NCBI RefSeq assembly: GCF_046119375.1
Contig: NW_027365766.1
Location: 1 to 64,000, forward strand
Direction of reading: 5' to 3'
Length of the DNA stretch: 64,000 bases
Source: Phyllobates terribilis
Taxonomy: Eukaryota
Numbering within the stretch: the stretch's first letter is position 1; each line of letters opens with the position of its first letter. The position numbers and the translations under genes were made by a program. Below the pieces are notes generated by a model. The model was not told where the DNA came from. It ran no database searches and worked only from the letters and a program-made list of their open reading frames with translations. Positions 1-11,149 of this stretch are shown one piece after another.

Positions 1-149
1 AATGAACGATTTATCTAAAATAAATTGAAGCTAAATATTTTCCATACAACTTTAGGAGAAGATATCCATCTTCTATTCCGACAATATGTGATTTCTTCTT
101 GTCTAGGTGAGTCATACTCATAATTACTAAAGCTTACTCAATCATAACC

Positions 150-152
<3 letters not shown>

Positions 153-196
<44 letters not shown>
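153..196. repeat. (AT)22 microsatellite
   Basis: Uninterrupted AT dinucleotide run read directly. Confidence 0.95.
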
Positions 197-199
<3 letters not shown>

Positions 200-1363
200 T
201 GAAACCATCTATAGTCGAACATACTTCAACAAATTAATATGACAATCTTAAGATGCAAGAAGGTAGGGATTGTACGGAATGACCAATATATTATCCAATG
301 TACCACCTCTAGTAAATAACAGAATCTCCATTTTGTATTCTTGAATATATTAGGTATACGAATCATTATCACATATTGTAAGTTCTGCATAGTCTTTTGG
401 GTAACTGGATTTGCATATGCGTCGATGATTTTTTTTCTTTCATACAGGCACAATCTGGATTGAGAATACCGCTACGGACCACTGATCATATGGTTTATTA
501 CAAGTGCTCTTAAGGATTGATTTTTCAACAGATAGTAGTTTTTCATGTACATATATTTGTCAAAATCTTATGGATCAAAATGGTCAATAATCTATAAGAT
601 ATATGTGCGATAAGCCTCATTTATGGAATTCAATAACTTAAACTCTTGTGGTAGCTGAGCTGTAAATGCCGTCTTCCAAATGTTTTTTTGTAGTAGCATA
701 AGCTTTGAGTTCAAGATTCTTGCTTTTAGATCTGCTCTATCCTGCACATTATGTGTGCTTAGTCCAACACCTCCTTCTCCCTCAGTTAAGCCTTGGCTTG
801 AATCCTTCTTTTATGGCTTCCCAAATTGTCATTCTGGTTCTTCAATGGGCTTAACAATGATGCTTCCTTCTTTCTACCACTCACTCACATTGACATTACA
901 TTGGAAATAGAACACATTCTTTCCATCTCTCGTTGTTGATGCTTACTGAAGACGTGTCTTACTACAAGAGATTAGAAATGGAAGGCTAGTGGCATTATGG
1001 CCATTTTGATCCTTTTTATTACTTTTTTTTACATCTAGTTTGTTTTGACGTGTTTTTAGGTCTATCATAAAACATCTTCTCGTACTACTACGTAATCCGC
1101 AAATCCAGAATTAACGAAAATATACTTGGAAGATTGTTGTTGTTGAGAAACTGATTTTGTTTAACATCACTTGAAATGAACTAGCTAAATCCATACATAG
1201 TTACATAAATCAAAACTTTATTACACATAAATTCCAAACGATGACAACAAACACTGAAACATTATAAAAAAAACTTCTACCAAATAGATGCTAAACACAT
1301 TCTCTTATACCATATCCTCACTTACTGAGTGGCAAAAGAAGTCTTCAGCCATGAACAATTGGT

Positions 1364-4300
1364 TTAAATTTGGCTTGTTGGATAGGCCACAGGTAGTGCA
1401 TTGCTGAAAATAACTTCTTGAGGTAGAAGATGGTATTTAATTTCAAGATCCTCAAATATTTTCTTCAGTTCTAAAAGAAATCCAGATCTCCTCTTACTTT
1501 TTTCTCCATAGTCTTGGAAGTTAATCGTGTGGTTAACATAAACAGCAATCTTGATCGTGCTGACATTCTCAATCTCTTTCACCACTACACTGTGATCCGG
1601 ATTCCAAATGGTGGGATTCTCTAATAAAAACCTGTATGGACACATAGCAACCAGACACATAATGCTAATCACTTTTTCGAATCCGATTACAGTCGTTATA
1701 ATGAATGCTACAACGCTAGGGTGATTCTTGTATGGAAAAAAAAACTCAATGCAGTAAGAATTATCATTTGTCTCATTGAATGATTTCCCATTACTTTAAT
1801 CTAGTATGTCCACATTTCTTTCTGCACTGTAACTTGATGATTACCACGATTAGCATCTTTAGCATATAAGACAAGCTTACTACGTCATCAGCTGAAACAT
1901 AGCATATTTTGCATGATATACTAATATAACCCAAACCCATATTTTATCAAGATGAGAGAGAAAGGCACTTACATCTTTATTCTGTCTTTAAGCTCTCCAA
2001 TCTTTGCTAATGGAGTCATAAAATCAATACAAAACTCCACCGTATCACCTTGACTTTCTGGGCTCCTATAAAAGTTACTGATTGGCTTCGTAGCCAAAAC
2101 AGAATTAGGATAGTAAACTTTCTCCTTGTCAGGTTTCAACATGACGGTAGTCAAGATGTTCATTTCCTCAACCACAAACTGCAGAAAACAGTAAATTTCT
2201 ACAGTTGACTTATGAAGACAAGACAAGAGAAGCTGTAAATAAAATCTTAAGGGAGATTAGTACCATGTTTCCATCAATCACACAACGATCCCCGACATCA
2301 AACGGATGTGTCACGAACACGAATATGATGGCTTCAAATATAGTCTTGCACGTGTTACCGAATATGAAAGCAGCTACAACAAGTTGCGATGAGAAGAAGA
2401 GAAGTAGCTTTGTTGATGCTAGCTCTGTGAGAAGAAGCCATAGTATGAAGAGTATAACAAGAAGGATTGCTGTGACAATCTTGTTCAACTGCTTAACAGC
2501 CGTCTTATTGTCATTCAAAGCATGTTGTAACTGTTGTCGGTCTTTGAATACCTTCACCTGTGGAAAAGAATATAACTACAATGTCAGAATTCCTGCTGAG
2601 TAACCACTCCAAGACGACAAAACATATACTCTCTCCGATTTATTTTTTCCTGCCAAAATAATATATAAATTTTCCCACGAAACTTGCAAGAAAGATTTTC
2701 AGAAATTAGTTTCGAAAAGTCAATCTTTAGGACACCAAATGAACCTCGCCGATAATGGACATGGTAATCCAATGGTTTCGAGATGAGCATTGAATGTTTT
2801 CTAAATTAACATGAATCTTGACAAATAAACCTACTAATTAGCAAATGAAGCCTCCATAAAAATGTGTGGACACATGCAACTGAAGACTCGAAACTCATCA
2901 TAAGTGGGAGTAGGTTGGCTTCTTCGTACAAAATAGAACATAAATAAGAAATGAAGCTATTTTTTTTTATAAAATATTAATAAAAACGTATAATTTTTGA
3001 AAGGGTCTTTTGCCTAAAACCACCCCTCCAAATAGCCATATTCCCCTAAACCACCCCCATATTATATATTTGTCAAAAACCACTCTTTTAATGCCTTCCG
3101 TTACTAAAGTCACACCTCTCACTATAATCTGTTAAAAAAATCATTAGTGTGGGTGTGTGTGAGTACTACAATATTATTCCCCACATTAATTCCTCCTCCG
3201 TTGGGATTTCGAAGCCATTCCTGCACAAAATCCAACTCACCTCCTTTTGCTTTAGACCGAGTCCAACCCATCATGGTGAAGAAATTGAAAGAGAAAGTAC
3301 TCGCCGCCGGCGGAGGAGAAAAGAAGCTTTAGTAGGCCTCGCCCGGAATTGCGCCGCCGAGCTCAAGCTCCTCGTCACTGCTCTCTTCCTCCTCTGCTCT
3401 CTCGCCACTCTCCTTCAGCTCCTCCCTTCTCGCTTCTCTTCCGACATCCGTCTCTGCCTCTCCTCCACCACCGCCGTCGCTGATAATGTTACCACTAACA
3501 CTTCCTCCTCCAGTACTCCTCCCTTCAGATCCGCCGAACTCCTCCCTTCCGGCGTCATTAAACGCTCCTTTAACCCCGTCGGAGCCGCCGCATACTCTTT
3601 CATCCTAATGTCCGCCTACCGTGGCGCCCCAAACTCTTTTTCTGTCATTTCCTTATCCTCCAAGCCACTCCATGTCTACGGCCGCCCTTCCTACCTCTGC
3701 GAGTACCAAACCCACAACTCCTCCGCATCTGTTTCCGTCACCGGAACACAGATCCTTCCCGACTGGGGCTACGGACGAGTCTACACCGTCGTTGTCGTCA
3801 ACTGCACCTTTTCCTCCCATGTCGGAGTTCCCTCCGGCGGCCGACTTCTCATCCACGCTACTTCAAATGGCGTCGCCGACCGCGATTTCAACACTACCGA
3901 CTCAATCGAAGCCCTAATTGAGCCCTAATTCAACACTACCGGGTAATTGTACATGCCATGAACTCAATTTATTGCACTCTTTTGAAAACCCCCAAATCAA
4001 TTGCCCACAAACCCTAACGAAATCACCCTGTGAAATAACGAACTCATGGCATGTACAATTAAATAAGTTAAAGTGAATTAAACAGGCGCGTGACACCCAC
4101 ACACGCACACTAACGATTTTGTTAACAAAACATAGGAAGAGGTGTGATTTTAGTAAAAGAAGACATTAAAAATTAATTTTTCACAAATATATAATATGAC
4201 AGTGGTTTAGGAAATATAGTTATTTGGAGGGGTGATTTTTAACAAAGACCCTTTTTGAAAAGTCAATTAACTTCTTGGCTTTCTTAGTAATAAGGAAGTG

Positions 4301-6520
4301 TAATCTGGTCCCAAAATCAATTTTCTTAATTTTGTTTCAATCAAATTATGTTTTTTTTTAGTTTTGTTGTGAACCCTAGAATGACCTGTTATATCAATGG
4401 AGGGAGTATCAAGTTTACATTTTACGGAGGAATAAAAGCAAGCTCTTTAATTTGGACTTGCAAAAAATAAAAATAAAACTTTTTTAATAAAACTATTTTA
4501 CATTCAAACAAATTAATTTTAATCTTTTTTCACATACTCTACCTTTTTAAAACAAGTAACTAATATTAAAGTAACTAATCTATTTGAATTTAGTTTTTAA
4601 TAAATACATAAACTTTTACACTATTAGACTAGTACTAGTCTCAGACTTGTGTCGATCATGGGAGCGATAATTTTAAATATTAATGTAGATGCATAAATAA
4701 AAAGTTAATAAAGACTATTATACAATTCTCATTATAGAAAATAATAACATAATTTATCACATATTTTTTTATTTCAAATGAAAAGAAAATCATATAAATC
4801 TGTAAGAAATTGAGGATTCAACGTTTAGTAGTATATAATCTTAATTTTTTCATAGATTTGAAATTCATGTTTTTAAAGATTAATTTTAAGTGAGTTTTAA
4901 AAAAATTTAAATGTATTATTGATGTGATACCAAATAATATATGTTAATAATTTTTTTAAATACATTGTTAACGTTGATCAATGAATGGTTGATATATGAT
5001 AGAGCAAAACTCAACTTTAATAATTAGATATAGATACATGAATTTTTCAAAATATTTTTTAATCAAAGATAATTCCAAATAAAAATTTCTTATAAATAAT
5101 AAAATCATTATAAAAACACACGCACCAAATAAACTCCAAATTGATCATGAGAGATAGTTCTTACCACCCACTTTCTGAAAGCTGTTATACTTATTTCCCC
5201 TTTCTCATTTGGCTCAAAATTCGGGAACAGAAGATCCACTTCCTGCTCCAACATGAACTTCTGGAAGTCCCTCCTCTCTATAAAGCTGGAAAAACAGATG
5301 TTTAAAACTGTTAACTAAGTGATCGTAGAGAAGAAGGAGGAGGAAGAGAAGGAGGAAAATTAAGCAAATTACTCTTTGTTTTCATCTTTATAAAAGGTGA
5401 TATTCTCGAATATTCTAACAGCAGTGACAAAAGCTTGCTCCTCACTGGTGATCTCATCATCATCAAGCTCAACACCGCCCTCCACATGATCCTCTTCAAG
5501 CATACCCGACATGGTAGACAGGCCCGAATTGGAGACTACGTCAACCAAAAGCTGCATGGTGTAAGATGGAACCTTGTTCTTCTTCATTTGATGAAGCTTC
5601 CCAACATCAATCACTTTCTTCTCTTTTGAAGACTTGGCATTTTCAGAAGTAGTAGGCTGTGGCGGCACAGTAAACGCCATTACAGGCCTACCAGAGAGGA
5701 CCTGGAGAGCATAATGATGGAAAACCGAGTCCTGAATCCGGCCAAAGAACCGGTTCAAGTGGAATGAGGCTGAGAGGATCTTTAACAGAGTGGTCTTCAT
5801 CAACCACGCAAAAGAGCCAATAAGCAAGGATGCAAGTGACCATGTCACAAAATCAAGAACATTCTTGGCTTTGGAAGATGAATGATGGACGTCAGACTTG
5901 AATAACGCAACCCAAGTGGCTAAAACCACAGCAATCCAGATGAAAACCTCAACACTTTTCTTCAAAGCATGGGTGTAATAGACCAAATTCTTCCTCAGAA
6001 TGAACTTCCACTCAATGAAAAAGACAGCCAAGTGAACAACCCATTGGGTGATCAACAACCCGGAGAAGATCACCATCAAAAGCACAAACCATTTCCATAG
6101 CCTAAGCCCATAAAACTTAACCCCGCGCATACCCTCAACAGTGAAGCTACAAACCAAACAAGTCAAAATGGTGAAGAAGATAACGAACTGAACCAGAAAC
6201 TTAACTGTCATTCTCATCTGATTGCGGGCGTTCAACTGAGCAGTCACCCTCCTGTAAACCTCTCTTTCATCAGGACCATCTTTTCCCTCTCCTTTCCTTC
6301 CTGAACCGCTAATGCGTTGAGAGCCAGTTGCAGAAGGAACATTGGTCTCGGCATCGCCAACTCTAGATTTGGATCTATTGAAAGTATTTCGGCGGCTCAA
6401 ACCCGGACCTGATTCAGTGGGGATTTTATTAAGGTTTTGGTCTGGAGGAATCGAAATAGCACAGTCGTGCTGTTGGGGTTTGGAGGTGAGGTTTATCTCA
6501 CCTCCTCCAATGGCTGCCAT
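1364..6520 (-). CDS. MSL10: MscS-like mechanosensitive ion channel, plasma-membrane MSL9/MSL10 group; exons 6520-5373, 5285-5165, 2557-2264, 2178-1973, 1631-1364; 678 aa, apparently intact
   Basis: Spliced GT-AG exons join in phase (1148+121+294+206+268=2037 nt, ending TAA). MSL motifs include ALNDNKTAVKQLNK, FIFGNTCKTIFEAIIFVFVTHPFDVGDRCVIDG, VEEMNILTTV, YYPNSVLATKPISNFYRSP and HLLPQEV. The ORF-track start at 6550 is a GTG; the first ATG is at 6520. Orthology to MSL10 versus a paralogue is not resolved. Confidence 0.9.
3003..4251. mobile_element. Pack-MULE (non-autonomous Mutator-like element) in MSL intron 2
   Basis: About 160-bp imperfect TIRs (gggtcttttgcctaaaaccacccctccaaata... versus ...tatttggaggggtgatttttaacaaagaccc), a perfect 9-bp TSD tttttgaaa at 2994-3002 and 4252-4260, and an internal host gene fragment. 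Confidence 0.92.
3273..3928 (+). pseudogene. GALS: Captured 5' fragment of a galactan beta-1,4-galactosyltransferase (GT92/DUF23, GALS2/3-like): TM anchor plus N-terminal module, no catalytic domain, frameshift near codon 19
   Basis: Motifs NCAAELKLL, GVIKRSFNPVGAAAYSFILMSAYRG, SSKPLHVYGRP and ILPDWGYGRVYTVVVVNCTF match the GALS family. The ATG frame (3273) stops at 3330-3332, and restoring one T in aagctttagta reconnects it to the 3149..3928 frame. Confidence 0.88.
4300..4406. mobile_element. Partial Stowaway-like MITE end
   Basis: Ends in atggagggag followed by TA (Stowaway-type terminus); no left TIR found. Confidence 0.3.
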
Positions 6521-7049
6521 GGGTGGGGGACCCTGTGGAGTGAATAACACGGGAATGGAAATGAAGAATAAGAAGGTTTTGGAAAGATGGTTGTCTGATG
6601 GTTTTATGCAGCTAACGGAGAATGCAATGCAAGGGTTTTATAGAAGTAGAAGAAGAGAGGACAAACGAGAGAGGGGAGGGAGTGGCGGTAACATAGGAAA
6701 AAGGAAACATTTTTTAATCATTGATATATGATTATTTACAATCGACAGATTGACAGCGATTTTGTTATATAAGAAAAGACTGAGAGACCGAGAATCACTC
6801 GGCAAGTGACAAAATCGTTAAACACAGCATTATCAAGTTAAAAAACTACCAAACCAGCTAAGAAGATATCCCAACATAATGGAGCTCAAAACTTGTCTGT
6901 CTAACTCTAATCTCTATTCTATTCGGATGATTAGGTACGCCATGTTTGTAACACTCAGCAACAACAAAAACAGCTTCTTCCATTTTTAGAAAGAAGAGCG
7001 TTGCTCTCACAATATATATTAATATTAAAAATATTGAACTGTAAAAGGA

Positions 7050-9240
7050 TTAAACGTGACGTAGCTTGTCACCTTAAATCCTCATCCAGAATTTCCATAA
7101 ACACCCTCTGTAGCAGACGATAGACGAAATAACAAGTGGAAACCAAAATCAGGGGAAGGCAATGAGTCCGCCACTAGATTGGTCTCCCGGAAGACATGCC
7201 GGACCTGGGAAACCCATTCCCTACAAATTCAGCCTTTCATTGTAGCAATGAGACTCATGATGGGATGACAACGATCCATAGATTTGTTTAGAAGCAAAAG
7301 CGCTTAATTCGAATCTGTTTCGGAACAAACCCTCTTGAAGACAAGATTCTAGGCAATGGTCATGCCTAAGACGATCCCTGACATCTCGGCCATTGGAAGT
7401 GATAAAATGCCAATATTATGGGAAAAAAACCACCAATCCACTTACCTTGAGTGTTTCCGAGGACTCCAATTGCGCTTGCTCTTCCTTGACGTATGGATCG
7501 CCCCATCAGTATTAATCTTGATGCAACCATTCAGAGGAGTATACGAAGAGATCATAGAAACTTGTCTCACCATGCCAACCGCATTGTCCTCCCTGGCAGC
7601 TTCACAAGGCTTGAATACAGTCCCCATTGTCGCCACAAATTCTTCTCAGTCATAGACCCATCTATTCCTCCACTTCTAGATATGCCAAATGACGGTAGTA
7701 AAAGTATTCGGTCTCGGAAACCCATTAGGTGTGACAGTAAGGTACTCTCTCATCCAAACCGCAAAATCTAGGTTGAAGAAGTCCGAGAGGACAAGGCTCA
7801 GTTGAAGAGCTCCCACAAATCTCTAGCCGCGAAACAGTCTCTCAATGCATGGGAAAAAGATCATGGTGTCCCCGAGCACCGAGGACAATCGGCCATGCTA
7901 GCAAAGTGACTTCTCAATCTCTCTGCATTGGTACCCTTGATGGTTAACCATGTGAAAAATCGTGCTCGTTCCCGTACTCTCAATCTCCAAATATGGTTAA
8001 AAGTAGAAAAGTTAATTGAAGCCTCGTTACCTTTGTCATGAACGGTGTCATAGGCCAAGGCAACACTAAAGTTACCATTTGGGTAATGCGTTCAAGAGAG
8101 ACAATCATGAGCAGCACTCACCTCTCAAACACTGTGAGCGGCAATCTGGACCATTACCTCCAAGGGAAATACGTTCTTAAAGAGGAAATATTTACAGCTC
8201 GTAGCATGTTTCTGATAAGTTCTCACCATAGTCTCGACACACTGCTCATCAATATGAGAAAGATCCCACTGCGCAAGCCATCTTTTAGTGACCCACAAGT
8301 GGAGCCGCAAACTTGGCTAGTTGGTTGTTGCCAAGCATCCTCCACGAGCCCTTGTTGATGACAACTCCCAGGCTACACTTCATAGCTCTCCAAATGATCC
8401 ACGAGTGACTTCTTTTCACAAAAGTCGAGCGTCTCCTAATATTTTCACATAAGTTCTCACCATAGAGCTCTTTTGTCATTCTTCCTCAAACAGGTAAGTA
8501 CTTGTAACTCTAAGATTTTTGCGTCTCCTAATATTTTCAGTCAAGTTAATTGATCAAATTAGGAGTGCAAGTGGGATGCAAGTCACCGAGGACCTTCACA
8601 TCTACCTTGGGACCTTCACAAGTCTATCAGGAAATGACGTTCGAGCCTCTTTTACGAAACATCAACGCTCGACTTAGTGGTTGGAGAGTGACTTCTTTTC
8701 ACTCTCCAACCACGAAAGATCATCACTGCCATGTAAAATTCTCCAAGCGGTTTCACCATTGAGAGCAAGATTAAGTTCAACCATTCTATTAATACAAAGC
8801 CCACCAAGATTTATCAGCTTGCTAATCTCATTCCAAGTCACCATGTGCATCTTCCTCACTCACTCACAATCTCCCCAAATGAAGGATCTAGTGACCATGC
8901 CGATCTTGTCACACGTGGAAATGGGCACTGGAATTGCCGCCATTGTGTACACCGGTAGAGAATTGAGCATTGACTTGGCAAGGTCCACACGACCCCCAAG
9001 GCTAAGGTGTCGACTTCTCCAACCACTAAGTCGAGCGTTGATGTTTCGTAAAAGAGGCTCGAACGTCATTTCCTGATAGACTTGTGAAGGTCCCAAGGTA
9101 GATGTGAAGGTCCTCGGTGACTTGCATCCCACTTGCACTCCTAATTTGATCAATTAACTTGACTGAAAATATTAGGAGACGCAAAAATCTTAGAGTTACA
9201 AGTACTTACCTGCTTGAGGAAGAATGACAAAAGAGCTCTA
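7050..9240 (-). mobile_element. 5'-truncated degenerate L1 LINE fragment (RT C-terminal part, zf-RVT, RNase H) with internal rearrangement
   Basis: Minus-strand remnants LSLGGRVDLAKSMLNSLPVYTM, MHMVTWNEISKLINLGGL, IWRLRVRERARFFTW..CPRC and HVFRETNLVADSL; many stops and frameshifts; ends approximate. Confidence 0.82.
8463..9240. repeat. Long near-perfect inverted repeat: arms 8463-8688 and about 9016-9240, loop about 330 bp
   Basis: The left arm is the reverse complement of the right arm, with one mismatch seen (aaa/aag). The ORF track shows the same peptide on both strands (8550+ and 8860-). Confidence 0.93.
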
Positions 9241-9262
9241 AGCACCAATTGATCTATTCTAC

Positions 9263-9500
9263 TTGAACAATCAATGCTTCCTTGTAAGAAGGATGTCATT
9301 CACAAACATGATATGTGAGATTAACGGGCCTCCAAAGGAGGTTAAAACGGACTTCCACATGTTTGTCATCAAGCTTCAACATGCAAAGTGTACTGCTAAT
9401 GCCATTGCGGATGCACATGCTTGCTTAGCCGTCCAATCAGATTCTATTTTTCTGAATTTTTGTGTTGTCCTACTTCCATTTCTAGCTCTTCTAAGGCACC
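9263..9500 (+). pseudogene. Possible degenerate LINE RNase H C-terminal remnant
   Basis: KLQHAKCTANAIADAHA resembles the HxxREANxxADxLA motif; weak. Confidence 0.35.
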
Positions 9501-9734
9501 TTTTGCTTCTTCTTAACATAATTAATATTCTAAAAAAACCCTAGGTTAAGAGAGAGTTCGTCGTCGTGCACCTTTGTGTGTCTCATCTTTTTCATCCCTT
9601 CCATTCTCAGTGAAGGGGCTGGGTTGTCCTCGCCAATTTGTGCGAGTTTCTCAGATCAAGTCACGTGGATTGAGGTTTGACAAGGTTGGTTTGAGTAGTT
9701 GCTCCCGTAAGGGGGTCGGTTGCAGAGGGACACA

Positions 9735-11149
9735 ATGGAATCGAGGCTGAGGATGGATGAAGTGGGTAATAGCAGGAATCTACATCTAACTGCTGAATAA
9801 TGTATTACGGTGGTGGAGGACCCAAATGAACAAGTCGCGGAGCGTCCGACGAATACGACAATACTGGTGGGTTCCCTGATTACCTCAAGGCCTTTTAACA
9901 CTTTTGCCCTTAGATCCACAATGAAGGGAGAATGGAAATTGAAGAAGGGATTTGCATTCCGGGAAATAAGGAATAACCTATTCCTGTTTCAGTTCGCATA
10001 CGGGTTGGAGAAGGACAGAGTTCTGAAAGGGGGGTCGTGGGCATTCGAAAAATCGCTTCTAATGCTGAAAGAACCAGGTAACGATCAACCCTCCCAGATG
10101 AAATTTGTTTCTGCTGTGTTCTGGGTTTGTTTTTATGACATTCGATGCCGATGCATAATCTGGAGATGGCAAAGAAATTGGGGGCATCAATGGGGAAAGT
10201 TGTTGAAGTCGATGAAAAGGATTTACTGCTCTGCGGGAGGTTCATTAGGGTAAGGGTGTCAATTGACATTACTAAACCTCTGGGAAGAGGTGTGGTCATT
10301 CAGTGTGGGGTGGGGGGGGAGAAAATGTGGATTGAGGTGAAGTACGAAAGATTACCGAATTTCTGTTATGCGTGTGGAAGGTTGGGACACGTTGATATCG
10401 ATTGTGAGGATGAAAGTGCTAGAAATTTTCAGAATGAATATGGGGAATGGATGAGAGCTTCTTCGATGAAGATGATGGAGAGAACATCACAGGAGTGGTC
10501 GAGAGACAAAGAAGTGCATCTTGCCATGAAGGAAATCAAAGGGGGAACAAGCACATCTTCGTCTTCTAATTCAGTCAGAAAATCCCTTCAAAGTTTGCCG
10601 GAGGAGTTCGATTGGCATGAGGAAAATGAGGATTGGTGCCAGGGTGCGAAGGGTGTAGAAGTGATTGAGGAAGCTGCACAAGAGGTGGAACGGTTGATGC
10701 TGAGGAAGGAAACTGAAAGTGTTACCGATAGTGAGAAAGTTGATGGAGGAACTAAAGGGGCTGATGTGAGGAAACAGGGAAATGGGAGGTCTGGCAAGGA
10801 GATTAATGCAAAGTTGTTGGCGATTACAAACGATAAGAAGAAAGGAAAGTCCGTGGAGAACGGAAGAGGAACCAGGGAGTTTGACACATACCCGAGTGAG
10901 TCAGAGGAGACTGAAAAGAAGGAAAAGAAGTGGAAGAGGAGGGCACGACAGGAAGCTGCAACCAAGAGTAATGAGGAAAAAGCGGGGCAAAAGAGGAAAG
11001 AGAAAACAATCGGGGACCCAATGGAGATAGCTGCGGCGGTGGAGGTGGAGGAGAGTATAGGAGGCACGAAGAAAAGGAGGAGAATGGAGTTGGACAACAC
11101 TGGATTGGCATCGGCGCGGGAGGAGAGTTTCCTCCCCCGTCGGGAATAA
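9735..11149 (+). pseudogene. LINE ORF1 (DUF4283-type domain plus CCHC zinc knuckle), interrupted
   Basis: NLFLFQFA, VLKGGSWAF, FIRVRVSIDITKPL and YERLPNFCYACGRLGHVDIDC; early stop and a frameshift near 10140. Confidence 0.85.

Noticed and set aside
680-910. Exon-like purine-rich minus-strand stretch downstream of MSL
   Set aside because: Stops occur in the best frame and no family motif was recognised.
4620-4660. Possible Helitron 3' end (ctagt plus degenerate hairpin)
   Set aside because: The hairpin is poorly paired and no 5' TC end could be linked.
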